A program made the translations under genes and the position numbers. This document shows positions 47,445 through 60,004 of a stretch of 63,852 nt of DNA, piece by piece. A model generated the notes under the pieces. It was given only the letters and a program-made list of their open reading frames with translations. It searched no databases and was not told where the DNA came from. Origin of the DNA: Heteronotia binoei (lineage: Eukaryota); assembly GCF_032191835.1 (NCBI RefSeq), contig NC_083243.1, forward strand, positions 50,282,001-50,345,852, read 5' to 3'. Each line of letters starts with the position of its first letter. The stretch's first letter is position 1.

Positions 47445-47918
47445 CCTGCCAACAAAAGTCCGTATAGTCAAAGCAATGGTATTCCCAGTAGTAATGTATG
47501 GCTGTGAGAGTTGGCCCATAAGGAAGGCTGAGCTAAGAAGAATAGATGCTTTTGAGCTGTGGTGCTGGAGAAGAATCTTGAGAGTCCCTTGGACTGCAAG
47601 AAGATCAAATTAGTCAGTCCAAAGGGAAATCAACCCAAACTGTTCCCTGGAAGGTCAGATGCTGAAGCTGAAGCTCAAATACTTTGGCCACCAAATGAGA
47701 AGGGAGCACTCCCTGGAGAAGACTCTGATGCTGGGAAAGACAGAAGGCAAAAGAAGAAGGGGATAGCAAAAGATGAGATGGCTGGACAGCATTACTGATG
47801 TAACTAACACAAAATTGAGCAGACTTTGGAGAATGGTAGAAGACAGGAGAGCCTGGCATGACTTTGTCCATGGGGTTGCAAAGAGTTGGACTCAACTGTG
47901 TGACTGAACAACAACAAA
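47445..47918 (+). mobile_element. Bov-B (RTE) LINE 3' end
   Basis: gtagtaatgtatggctgtgagagttgg...ggagaagactctgatgctgggaaag...ctgaacaacaacaa, typical Bov-B ORF end and tail as recalled. Confidence 0.88.
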
Positions 47919-48321
47919 GCACTCCAATGCTTATAACATCAGTACCTATATATTTATGATCAAGTACCACCAGAATACTTGTTGGAAGATTTTATCTCCC
48001 TAAGTAGAGTTGAGTGTTCAAATAGGTATTTGTAGACCTGAAGATGTGAATAGTCACATAGGTTATATTGCAGTAACAGAATGCCCTTTATAGCTTGCTT
48101 CAGTGGTAAAAATCTTTTCATCTGTTCATTAGACATTCATTAAAGAAAATATTTTCTCAATAATTGCACTATGTCCTGGATTGCAGAAGAAAAACTGTGC
48201 TATGTTAAGCAACTCAGAATGTCAATCTACTTTGCAGCACTTATGAAAGTATTTAATCTACTTGTCACTAACTGAAGTCTTCATATATTTGAGTGCTTTC
48301 AACAAAAGGTTTCAAGTTACA

Positions 48322-48660
48322 GAAAAACAGGCTACTTACCTGTAACTGATGATCTTTGAGTGGTCTTCTGTGTATTCACACCTATGGGATCTATGGCACC
48401 TGCACCAGTTCTGATCAGTGTTATGTAGTTCCAATGAAGAAAGGGAAGCCACCCTGAAGCTTCTGGTAGGAAACTTGGAGTGTAACTGACTAGAAGCTGC
48501 AGCTCTGCTTTCCCCAGCCCCCTGCAGCTTCTAATCAGTTTCACTGGAAACTGACCAGAAGCACAGGGGGCTGGGGAAAGCTGCACTGCTCCTTCTAGTC
48601 AGTTACCCTCCCAGGAAGCTTAGGGAATCATGCCAGGCTGTCTGGAAAAATAAACCAAAC
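48322..48660. mobile_element. Possible DIRS-like terminal remnant
   Basis: caggctacttacctgtaactgatgatctttgagtggtc resembles squamate DIRS termini as recalled; no ORF. Confidence 0.35.
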
Positions 48661-49640
48661 GCAAACCAAAGGACATTCCAAGAAAAAAAGGGTGGTTCAT
48701 TTTTGTGTTTGGGTGCAATGGGATCAGACAAACCAGTTCAGAACAAACTTCAAATCAGCCATTTTTAGCACAATTCATGATTTATGGTTCATTTCATGCC
48801 CATCCCTACTCTTGACCCCTGCACTTCCAAGCAGCAGGCGGGGACTCTGCCATTGCTTATGGAGGGGGGGGGGATCAAAAACAGGGAGCAAAGCAGTCCA
48901 GACCTAAGAAAATAACAATACACAATGAAATAGGAAGTCCTATTCAAAACACATACTAGGCTGTAGTGCTGGTGGCAAAACTGAAGCTTCCCTCCACTGG
49001 GGGACTGTAGTGCAAAACAGGCTGCCCAACAAAAAAAAGAGGACACTTTCGTTTTTTTAAAAGATCCCAAAGAGAACAGACATCAAAAAATGGGGACTTG
49101 TCTTCTAAAAAGAGGACATCTGATCACCTTAAACTGGAGCTCAAAGAGGGATATCCAGCAGCCCCCCCTCAATGGGTTGTTGGGAGAATAAAATGGGGTG
49201 GGGAAGAACCATATCTGCTGTGTTCTCAGCTCCTTGGAGCAAGGACATAGTAAAATGTATTATGACTGTGATTTACCGGTATGTCCTTTTGCTCTTTTCT
49301 CTCCCCTGTTGAACCTCTCCCCCTTTCCCTGCCAACCTGCACTGTAGCATTACAGAGTGAGTCAGAAGGGAAAGGGGGGCGGGTCTAGGGCCACAGAGGA
49401 TCATATATGCTGTGTGAACAGGTGCAACAGGAAAGGGGGAAGGAGTAGGGGGCAGTGGCTGCACAGTGTGATTCGGCAGACAAAATGGGGGAAAGCCCCT
49501 GAGAAGTGTAAAAGGGGGGGACTATGGAAGCAGAGCTTAGCTCCACTCCCCCACTCCCTTCTGTCTCACAGTTCCCTGCAGGCAGTCCATTGATTCCCCT
49601 CTGAGTCATTCATTTTTAAGTTGTCACAAAGCCCCAGGAG

Positions 49641-49940
49641 TGTTAAGTAGGGAGTTCAGCCAGCATAGTGATTCAGCATCTTTATTAAGTGACTACACAC
49701 TACATACAAGCACTCAGAACATGCAGCAATATATACACTTGGGGCAGGGGAAACCCAGCCCCCATTAACCAGAAAACACCCTGGGATTGCACCCTTTTTG
49801 GATCCTTCATTATGTATTCTCATTGACAGATCCTAGGATTCTCTGATACTGCCTCCCAATTGGCCAGTTTGAATTATACAGCCAACTGGGATGCAGATCT
49901 TTTGATCCTCTCAGTCTATTGTATTGCACAGGACACAACA
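49641..49940 (-). mobile_element. Solo LTR (300 bp)
   Basis: TG...CA termini; 5-bp TSD AGGAG (49636-49640, 49941-49945); AATAAA and TATA-like motif on minus; starts TGTTGTGTCC like the 40879 LTR. Confidence 0.88.
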
Positions 49941-51280
49941 AGGAGCATCACAAATAGTGCTTGGAATGAGCCAATAGATTCCATGGATGTTCCCTTTTAA
50001 TGTGGGAACTTTCTGTGCACAGAAAATCCTCACATGGAAGCAGTGCATCACCCTTTGCATGAGCAACAGGCAGAGGTCTTGCCTCCAGGGTGCTCCTCTT
50101 TATAAAGCACTAGATTACTTTGGATATTTTTTTAAACATTAAAAAAACTGTCTCCAGATCTGACAATAATAATAATAATAATAAATTTTTATTTCTATCC
50201 CGCCCTCCCCGCCAAGGCAGGCTCAGGGCAACAAATCAATGTAACTGGCAGTTTGAATAACTACGCCCTTGTTGGTACTTGTGCTGGATTATAAAGATTT
50301 GCATGAAGCAAATCTCTCATTAGAACTCAAGACTCCTTGCTTAGAGGAACCACATCAAGTCAGAGAACAATGAACATTCCTGAATGTCTTGCATACAAAA
50401 AAAACATTAATCAACTGGCAGAGTTCTCTCATTCTAGAGACATAGCAGATCAGACAGGTGTTGAAAAAAGAAGAGGTACAAATTACTACATGGGCCCATT
50501 ATTTACTTATGTATTTCATTTACAGTCTGCCTTTCTCTTTGAGTGTCAAAACAGATTACACAATTCAAAAACAATGCAATAAAGAGCAGTATAATACATA
50601 CAACAAACTATGCAATAAAACTGAATTAGAAAATTAGAAAACAATTTTAAAAAGTTTTATAAATCCGACAAGCAATGCAAAGGAGGAAAAAACTGTCTTA
50701 ATTTTTTCAGACGTTATAACTATAATGTGTGCTCTGGAGTCACTGGGCACAGCACACAATCCCAATCTCACTCTGCAAAAGACAGGAGATTAGATCTTGT
50801 CACTTGGCATCAGTCAAGATATATGGGGAGAAGCGACACAGTCATACTTGTCGTAGGATGCTGAATGGAGGAGGCCCTCAGAGTTCAAGCCTGGGTTGGA
50901 AGTCACTCCTGCATAATAAGATGAGCCAACTTACATTCTGAAAGGCTTCCTGCTACCTGTCTAATTTGGGGAGGAATCCTTGCATGCAAGTACAGTTTCT
51001 GATGCAATTCTCCCCCTCCATGGCCGCTCCTGGTATAACAGCCTAATACCATGCTGATTACAATGGGTAGAAGCCCTCAAATACAATACAGCTTTCTGTA
51101 AAAAGTGGCACAGGTATGATCTGCATTGACCACTGCCTTGACTACCACAACAAGCTCCACAAATTACACAAGATTAATCAAGCATGTGTTTCTTAGATTT
51201 ATTCCTGTGCACAGTCACTTGTAATTACAATTGCTAGTTTTTTCCCCCCCGGGCAGTTTTTTTTTTGGTGCCCTGATGGG

Positions 51281-51415
51281 GTGGCCCAGGCTAGCCTGAT
51301 CTTATCAGATCTCAGAAGATATGCAGAGTCAGCTCTGGTTTGTATCTGGATGGGAGACTACCAAGAAAGTCCAGGGTTGTTATGCAAGAGGAAGGCAATG
51401 GCAACCCACTTTTAA
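51281..51415 (+). mobile_element. 5S rRNA-derived SINE (5S-Sauria-like)
   Basis: gcctgatcttatcagatctcagaag...ggatgggagactacc aligns to 5S rRNA, followed by the Sauria/Bov-B-like gaggaaggcaatggcaacccac. Confidence 0.72.
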
Positions 51416-51674
51416 AGTCCCGTCAGGAAAAAAGTTTGTTAGAGACTCGAGTAGGATTGCTGTCTCCAGCCACTACCTGGAATTTGGCAGCATTTGGAAC
51501 TAAGATCAGTAATCCTGCACATATGTCCCCAGTGGTTTAAGTGTGATCTTTGAAAGTATCCTTCACCCTCTGAAAATTGGCATATTTTGCAAGACCTACT
51601 ACAAATGTTTATAAGCAGGGCAGGGGATAGAAATTTATGTTTTGTTTTGTTCTTTTTTAAAAAAAACTAAGACT

Positions 51675-51873
51675 CAGGGCTTTTTTTGAGCAGGAATGCA
51701 CAGGAATGCAGTTCTGACTGCCTTGGTGTCAGGGGGCATGACCTAATATGCAAATAAGTTCCTGCTGGGCTTCTTCTACAAAAAAAGCCCTGTGTGAAAC
51801 AATGGTGACATCAGTGGGTACGGCCTAATATGCAAATGAGTTTCTGCTGTGCTTTTTCTACAAAAACACCCTG
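51675..51873 (+). mobile_element. Non-autonomous hAT element (same family)
   Basis: Perfect 8-bp TSD CTAAGACT (51667-51674, 51874-51881). Confidence 0.9.
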
Positions 51874-51907
51874 CTAAGACTAGTCAGCCTTCTGATAGTG
51901 TTTAGAA

Positions 51908-52025
51908 CAGGGCTTTTACTGTAGAAAAAGGCCCGCAGGAACTTATTTACATATTGGGCCACACCCCCTGACGCCAAGCCTGCTGGAACTGCATCCCTGT
52001 GTGTTCCTGCTCAAAAAAAGGCCTG
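51908..52025 (-). mobile_element. Short variant of the same hAT family
   Basis: TSD GTTTAGAA/GTTCAGAA (7 of 8). Confidence 0.82.
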
Positions 52026-52053
52026 GTTCAGAATCCTATGTGCATGGAATGAT

Positions 52054-52519
52054 CAGGGGTCATTTTGTAGAAAAATAGGTGGTGGTGCTCATTAGTATAA
52101 CTTATTAGCATATGCTGCCTCCCCTCCAGCCAAAAGCAACCCAATCCAAGAAAGGAGAGCCCCAGGCAAACAAGGTCTGCTTGGGCTGGCTAGAGATCCA
52201 GCCAGTCCAAACAGGCTTTGCTCGCCTGGGGCTCTCCTGGATAGCCCTCCCCCCAGTCAAAAAGTCAGCAAGCCACTTGCCTGCCAAAACATAAGAAGTG
52301 GAGAAAGGGTGGCATGGGCTTCTCCAGGGGTTAATGAGGGCTGCTGGGGGCATGGCAAAGCCCTTGGTGGCTGGCTGGCCGGCCGCTCTTCTAATCCAGG
52401 GATTGTTATGCAGCTGCACCTACTATTCATTGGACAAGGTAAGTGGGAAAGAGGAGGGGGAACACTCAGAAAGGTTCAGGAGCTGTGCTCCTGTGAGCTC
52501 CTGCTGAATCTGAGGCCTG
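52054..52519 (+). mobile_element. Non-autonomous hAT element (second family)
   Basis: CAGG...CCTG ends; perfect TSD GGAATGAT (52046-52053, 52520-52527). Confidence 0.85.
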
Positions 52520-54202
52520 GGAATGATACAGAAAGAACAGCTATGTTTTATTTGTAGCTCAGTAGTTTACAAGGGCCAGTGCTATGGCAAATACCCACCA
52601 CCTGGCAATACAAGCAAAAATCACAAAGCAGTTCCCGTGTCTGAATGAAATAGCAACACAATGAACTACATGCTTCACCCAAGTATGTGAAGATATCTGT
52701 GTAGTACTTTGTGTGGCGCTCCGTAACTCCCTCAGTAGCCATCTGCCTTCATCCTTTGCCATTGCCATCCCTGGCTGCCTTTTTAAAAAGTTCGTAGTGG
52801 ATTTTTCACATTGTGGGGAGGGATGTTCAAAAACTTAACCTTTTTAGAAACTGGTGAATAAGTGAACCAGTGGTGATTCAGTTTTGTTGAATGTTGTTCT
52901 GTGACATGCAACTATACCAGATCAAAGTATTCTTACATTGCTAATTGGGGGAGTTGGTCTTCCTCTGCTTTTTAAAGATCAAAACTTTTTATCCCAGATC
53001 TTACATTAATGAAATCTTTTGCTGACAGTTTTGAAAAAGATATTTTTTAAAAAATGCTGCTAATATACAATGCCTTTAATGCTGATTGTTTTGTGTGTTT
53101 TATATAGTACATATTGAGATATTCTCCTGTGCATCTTGTTTTATTGTATATTGTTATTTGTGTTGCAGCATGTTTGACTGAAAACTACCTTGGACAAAAT
53201 TATAGAGAAGAGAGGTGGACATTTTAAATGAGTAAATAAATACTGCCATTCAGTTGGATTCTAAGTGCTGAGCAGGAGTCAGGATCAAAACCATGAAGAA
53301 AGAGATCCTGGGAAGGGAAATTCAACAGATTATAGAAGGAAATTCAGATAGTAGTAACTGAGATTTTGCAGGAAATTCCATATTTTACAGGGTACTAGTA
53401 TTATTAGAATGAGGGTTCTTGCTGACCTATCAAAAAGGGCAAAGAGCCAAAAATGTCTGTGATAAAAATAGTCCCTTACCCTGAAAGAATGCTTTGCTGA
53501 GCATGACCAGACCCTGGTATAAAACTTACGCCCCATGAAATTACATTGTCCTTTATGATTTCCTCATCAAAAGACATCAGATGTGATACATTCTATGATT
53601 AGCTTAAAAGCAGACAGCATAGACTAATTATCAGGAGATGCACCATCTCTCCTGATATGAACCCATGCACCAGCTTGCACTCCTGCCAACATTCCTTTCT
53701 TATTGTACCACCACACAGGATTGTGAAATCCTAATTCGCCTGACACTACTAAAGGAAGCTAGGAGTGCATCTGCTGGAGGATGTGGTAAAACAGCATAAT
53801 TCCAGGCAGGTTTTGTTTGTTTGTTTTTTGTAATTGAGATCATATTTGTATGTTGACTACTTCTGCTGGACTATTTCATTTCTGATTTTTGTCTTGGTTA
53901 TAGAATTATTCTAGGTTGCTTTAGAAAGGGGTCTTGGTGTTTAATTCTTCTGTGTTGTGCTGGCCACCCGTTTAGGAGGAAGGGCAAGGTGTGCATATTT
54001 TACATCAATAAAATAATTGTCAAAAGCCCATATATCACACACTTGTCTAATTACAAAAAAAATCCATGGTTATCCGCAATCAATCTAGGTGTGTATGTGT
54101 GTGGGGGGAGGGTCTTGTTAATAGTTTTGATTTTATTTCAACCCAATTATATTCATCTTTACTCAGAAATAAGTGCCATTGAACAGCAGTGGATCTTAGT
54201 CC

Positions 54203-54518
54203 CAGGGCATTTGCCTAGGGCGCTGGTCCGGGGGGGGGACAAATGGATGCCCCCCACGTGACTCGCAGAGGCCTTCCCTGCTCTCGAGCTGGTTTTCTTG
54301 CTCTCCTGCCACCTTCCCACTCTTGTGCCGCCTTCCCCGCTCTCGCGTTGCCTTCCCCACTCCTGCGATGCCTTCCCCACTCTTGCATTGGCTTTCATGC
54401 TCTCACACCGCCTTCCTCACCTCCATCTCTCCTCCCTTTCTGTGTGAATGGTGGGGTGTGGCACCATAGGACAGTGCCACAGAGGGGGCAGCCCCTTATA
54501 GGAGGGGGGCTGGCCATG
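54203..54518. mobile_element. Non-autonomous hAT-like element
   Basis: Flanked by CTTAGTCC/CTTAGTCT (7 of 8); imperfect CAGGGC termini. Confidence 0.6.
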
Positions 54519-55968
54519 CTTAGTCTCAAGTAAGTTCATTGCCAAGTAAGTTGATCACTGGTCTCAAACTTTGTTCTAATGATTATCTGAGTGATGTTTA
54601 TGGTAGAGGCTAGAGGCACCTTAAATAATAATGACTCAGGTTCCTCCGGAATTGTTCTGCTCACGCTTCCCTCCAGTTCCTACAGAGGTTTTCCCTTCAC
54701 TGCACCACTTGTTTCCTCCACTGTTAGGAATTCTGCATGTGCAAGAAGATCAATGTTTTTCAAGGAGATCTTATACACAAGGAAGTGTTAATGGTAGAGG
54801 AAGTGAGCCCTGCAGCAGAGAAAAGACTCCAGAGAGAAGCACAAAAGGAGCAGTTTTACAGAATGCAAGACAATGAATTTATGCAGCTACAGAGGAGGGC
54901 TATGGATCACAACAGCTTATGCCACAATATACTAATTATTGTTTAAAATGCTACAGCACTGTTATTTTGGTGACAGCAGAGTAAATGCAGTCAACTTTCT
55001 TAAATTTATGGCAGAAAAACTAAGGTAACAGCAATGCTATACAAATTATTTTAAAGAAAAAAGCAAAATCTCCTACAATAATAGCTTGTATGTTAGCAGA
55101 TAGCAAAGATAGCAAAATAGCCTGGAGTGGAGTGGATTATATTTTATTAATTTTCTGTAACATTATATAGCAGCACTGGACTGCAGGCTTCTGTGCACGT
55201 GTGCGCCCATACACATTCACATAGAGTCCCTTAAGATACTCAATTCCAGGAAATGAGACTCAGGTCTTGCATCATTTCTAGTAACATGAACCTTCCACAG
55301 TGAAATCATCAGGAAGTAGAACTGAACATTGTGAAGAAGCAAAAAGAGCAATGACTGGTCTCAGCCTGATAAAACGTTTGCTGAGTGAACTTTGCCAGCA
55401 ATCTCAACACTGGTAACAGCATACCATATCAGCAGCCTCTACCCACTATATAGTGTTTCCTTGTAAGAGTAACATGACAGCCAAGCCTGACTCATCTTCT
55501 CGGTTTCTGCTACACAAGCAGTGATATGGCTAAGGGCAATGACTGTCTTCTTTTGGGACCTGGTACTGTGCATGTTTGGGACAGACAATGAAGCTATTTA
55601 ATTCTTGATTGATGCAAAAGATACATGCCCCGTGGTTGCTTTCTGTGTGTAGCAAAATTCAGAATGGAGGCAGTAACATTTTGTTGAAAGGGATTTAATT
55701 GGGATTAAGGGGAAGAAAGAGATTTGATAGGATTAATGGTAAAACTAAGTTGGTCCATTCCTTGTCCCCAAATCCAGCTTTCGTCTTCACTTTTCAGGAT
55801 TTTGCCATAAGAGAAGTAAGGATGCCATTATGGCAGGGAAGAAGGTTGGGAACATCTGAATGGAATCTGGGCTGAGCCTGTGTTACTGCTCTGTGGCACG
55901 TATTTGGCCTGGGCATTGCCACAAACAGGCTGAAAGAATTGAAGGAAACTTCACTCTCTCCTCTAACC

Positions 55969-56446
55969 TAGGGTTGCCAACCTCCAGATTACAACTGATC
56001 TCCAGGTGACAGAGGTCACTTCACCCAGAGAAAATAGCCACTTTGGAAGATGGACCATATGGCATTATATCCCAGTGAAGTCCCTTCCCTCCCCAGCCCT
56101 CCTCAGACTCTAACCCCCAAATATCCAGGTATTTTCCAACTCAGAGCTGACAACACTACTTTTAGCCCATGAATCATAGCCTGATGCTGGGAAAGAGCTG
56201 CCAGTTCTTCCCTGGCCACTGGCTGGGAATTGGGGTGGGGGGGATAGGGTTGCCAGATCCAGGTTGGGAAACTCCTGAAGATTTGGGGATGGAGTTTGGG
56301 GAGGACAGGGACCTTGGTGAAACACAATGCCATAAAGTCCACCTTCCTAAGCATCCATTTTCTCCAGGGGAACTGATCTCTGCAGTTTGGATATGAGCTG
56401 CAATTTCTGGGAATCCCCAGGTCTTACCTGGAGGCTGGCATCCCTA
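55969..56446. mobile_element. Two adjacent TAGGGTTGCC-type non-autonomous DNA transposons (55969-56158, 56245-56446)
   Basis: TAGGGTTGCCA start and inverted ends; another member starts near 13561. Confidence 0.6.
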
Positions 56447-56518
56447 GTTTCAGTAAGTGGGCCAAGTAACCCAGGACCAGTCCAGGAACTGGAGTTCTGT
56501 TGTAGATGTTTTATTTTG

Positions 56519-56763
56519 TGAAGCTCAAATATTTTGGCCACCAAATGAGAAGGGAGCACTCACTGGAGAACATCCTGATGCTGGGAAAGACAGAAGGCAA
56601 AAGAAGGAGACAGCAAAAGATGAGATGGCTGGACAGCATTACTGAAGTAACTAACATGAATTTGAGCAGACTTCAGAGGATGGTGGAAGACAGGAGGGCC
56701 TGGTGTGACTTTATCCACGGGGTTGCAAAGAGTCAGACTTGACTGTGTGATTGAACAACAAAA
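56519..56763 (+). mobile_element. Bov-B LINE 3' end
   Basis: Closely similar to 47665-47918. Confidence 0.86.
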
Positions 56764-56774
56764 AGCCTTTTTAG

Positions 56775-56877
56775 CAGGGTTTTTGTAGAAAAAGTTCAGC
56801 AGGAACTCACTTGCATATAAGGCCACACCCCTAATGCCAAGCCAGCCAGAACTGCATTCCTGTCCAAAACAGCCCTG
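56775..56877 (-). mobile_element. Short hAT variant
   Basis: TSD CTTTTTAG/CTCTTTAG (7 of 8). Confidence 0.8.
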
Positions 56878-58818
56878 CTCTTTAGGACCCCGGGAATAAA
56901 AGAGAAACAGAAATACCTAAAAATAATTAAATGTACAGCCCAACCCTACTATCTAAGCTTGTTAAGTTTTCAGTGTATAGAGCTCTTTGCTATAGAGCTA
57001 TTTGTGGCTATTTGTGGCAGTGTATAGAGCTATTTGTGGCATTCGTTTCTGGCTTCCCTTAGCTCCTCAGAGGTGGTGTCCTCTTGCTCATCTTTGAATA
57101 GCTAGACAATCTTATTCTTAATTGAATGGACTCAAATTGAAATTAAATTCTCAATTGAATTGCTCAGTTAAACATTTTGCGGTACCCAGGTTAGGAGCTG
57201 AAGCCTCTCCTTTCCCTGCACCACTCTTGTAGTAGAAACTCACCCCACAGTGCTTGAGAACAAGAGTTCCCTGATGTTATGTGTACCACAGATTGGACTG
57301 CTTACTTCGTCCACAGAAGTATGCTCTCTAATGCATGTCTATCATCTTCTGCTGGAACATGAAAACTTACATTCTGAATAAAACTTTTTTGGTCTTAAAG
57401 GTGCCACTGCACTCTCACTTTGGTCTGTTGCTTCAGACCAACACAGCAGCTCTTCTGGATCTACTTCCTTATCTGTGTGCTATACTCAAGGTTTCAACAA
57501 AGGGAAAGTGAAAGTGAAGGCAAGGAATGACCCATGACATACACATATGCAAATTGGTCTTATTAAGGAGATATGAACTTTTCTGTTCTAGTAAAATCTG
57601 CAGGACAGTTTGGTTGACAGGGAGAGGGAAGGTATCCACATATGTATCCTCCAAAGTATGTAGGTTCAGTTAAGCAACCAGCTATTACAAACTCCAAAGT
57701 CCAAACCATTACAAAACCTACAAGTATTCATTTGTAATTTGCTAACGTGCATTTCCCAGCAGTAGGAGCGATAGTGAGATCAGGACACATAGCACAAAAT
57801 TAAAGCTGTTTCATACATTATGAACTATACAAGCTGGGTTTGGGATGCCCACGCAGTGTAATAGGCTGATGTTAATTGTGGATTCTCAGTTCCCTGGCTG
57901 TGGTGCCTGATCTGCATAGGAGAACATGGTGTGCATGGAGATCAAAGCTGTTTAGAACAAGGTATCTAGCCAAAGACTTCATAAATAAGGTTGAAGGACT
58001 TATAATTCCTATAGGATCGGCATTACTTACCATAGATATATACGCATACATATACATACACACACACACATATAAAATTTTAATTAAAAGCAGGAAACAG
58101 TGTATGATTGTAAGATGATCCTGAATCTAAACATGTCATTGTGACATAACGTGATTCATCCCCCACCATGAAGAAGTACGTAAATATTATTCATAGTTAT
58201 GTAGGAAACAGAAAAGAGACTAATTTGATTCATAAATGTTTGCTTAAAAGATGGAACCAGTTACATGAGTTATTTCTGCTCTCAATTAAGCTATGAAATG
58301 TATCCCTGGGTGGCTAGAAGGGATGGGCCAATGTATTGGCTAGGCTTGCAACACAACCATAGATGTGTCTAAACAAATTGCAATATGATAAATTTTTTCT
58401 ACATTTCTGTGCAGCAATAAAGGTAAGATTGGTCAGGTGGAATCATGACTAGGCTGGCCCAGACCAAGTAACTTTGATTAAGAGTTTTTTATAAGACCAG
58501 AAGGAACAGAAGACATTAAGTGCAGAGCAGAGCAGAGCAGGAGGCCTGTCATCACAGAAAGAATCCTAGGCCTACAGAAACAGTTCAAGGAGTGAGTAAG
58601 TACCAACTAAGATTTTTAGGCTAAGTGTCACTGAAGAGTAATTTTCTGTGGCAATTACACAGGTGAACATCTAGGAGTGTTGTGAGGCGAGGCCTTAAGA
58701 GATGAACTCATCTTAATTTAGTAACAGAGAGGGCTCACAGGACATAAACTGAATATCTGTGTGATTTTGTGACATCAGGACCCATTCTACCAGCAATATT
58801 AGTTATTTCAGGAGTATT

Positions 58819-59003
58819 TCTCTCTCGGCTTGGCTTCGCGAACGAAGATTTAAGAAGGGTGCAATAGTCCACGTTTGCTGCAGGCTCGCTGGTGGCTGAC
58901 AAGACCAATATGGGACAGGCAGGTCCGGCCACAGCGGCTGCAGGGAAAAGTCTGATTTAGGGTTGGTCCTGTAGCAGTGCGATTCTTCCTCAATCTCCTT
59001 TTG
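58819..59003 (-). mobile_element. RTE-clade LINE 3' end (AviRTE-like), young
   Basis: Encodes DKRRLRKNRT...FPCSRCGRTCLSHIGLVSHQRAC then stop; (GA)n tail; 11-bp TSD TCAGGAGTATT (58808-58818, 59004-59014). Confidence 0.85.
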
Positions 59004-60004
59004 TCAGGAGTATTAGTTCCTGAGGAAACTGCAGTCTATTGGTGGTCTTCTGGAAAATATCATTTTGGCCATCATTAATGTGGAATTACATATATTAACA
59101 CTCTAGACAAATCATCAGAAACATTATCCCTGATGATGTCATGGGTCATCTGACCCTTGGACTTTGTCCTCATTCAAAACTATTTCATTTATTCAAGTCA
59201 TGGCTATCCTCATGCACCCACAATATGGTAGATTTAAAATAATCTGCAACTCCTATCCCCATGTTTCTCTCCTATATCTTCATTACCTGGACCCATGGGA
59301 AGAAGATCCTCAGAAATTCTGCCTCAGGTTTTGTTTATTTTGGGAATATATACCTCAACACCACCTTCCATAAGGGACTCAATACACCTCTGTCTGGGCC
59401 TGTATTTATATCAAACATCCTTAAAAACAACAATGCCCTCCTGGGGAAGTTTAAAAAAAAAACAAGGTGATATAGATCTCCAGGTGTTACCTGCTATTGG
59501 ATAGGCCTAGTGAGGAAAGTAACAAAACATGACTGATGGTCTCATCTATAACTTGCAACTAAAACATCTAATGCACCATTCAGGATGTACAGTGATAGCA
59601 CTTTCTCAGCGGCTTGAGGAGAACCATATTTGCAGTCAACCCAAGGAGCTACATGACTACGGAATGCTCTGTGCACCACTCTACCTTGCAGATATATACA
59701 ATAGTACTAGAATTGTTAATAGTAAATACATAACTATAATTTTTTTCTTTACTAGATCACTTTAGAATATGCGCAAGTGTCTCTCCCCATCACTGTCCTT
59801 GTGTATCTGTTGCGAAGGAAACATCTTCTCTCCCTGTGTCCTTGCTCTCACCTCAGAATGAGGCACAGCCACTCAGCCAATAAAGTAAGATTTGCCAGGT
59901 TCCCAGAGGAAAGCAAGCTGGCCATATAGAATGGGAAGTAAAACCACCAGTACCACTCCACAGCAGTCAACTTGTTGTTTTCCTGGGGAGACTGCTGCAG
60001 TAGT

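Noticed and set aside
56225-56250. G-quadruplex-like G-run cluster
   Set aside because: Lies at a TE junction in low-complexity sequence with no gene context; such motifs are common.
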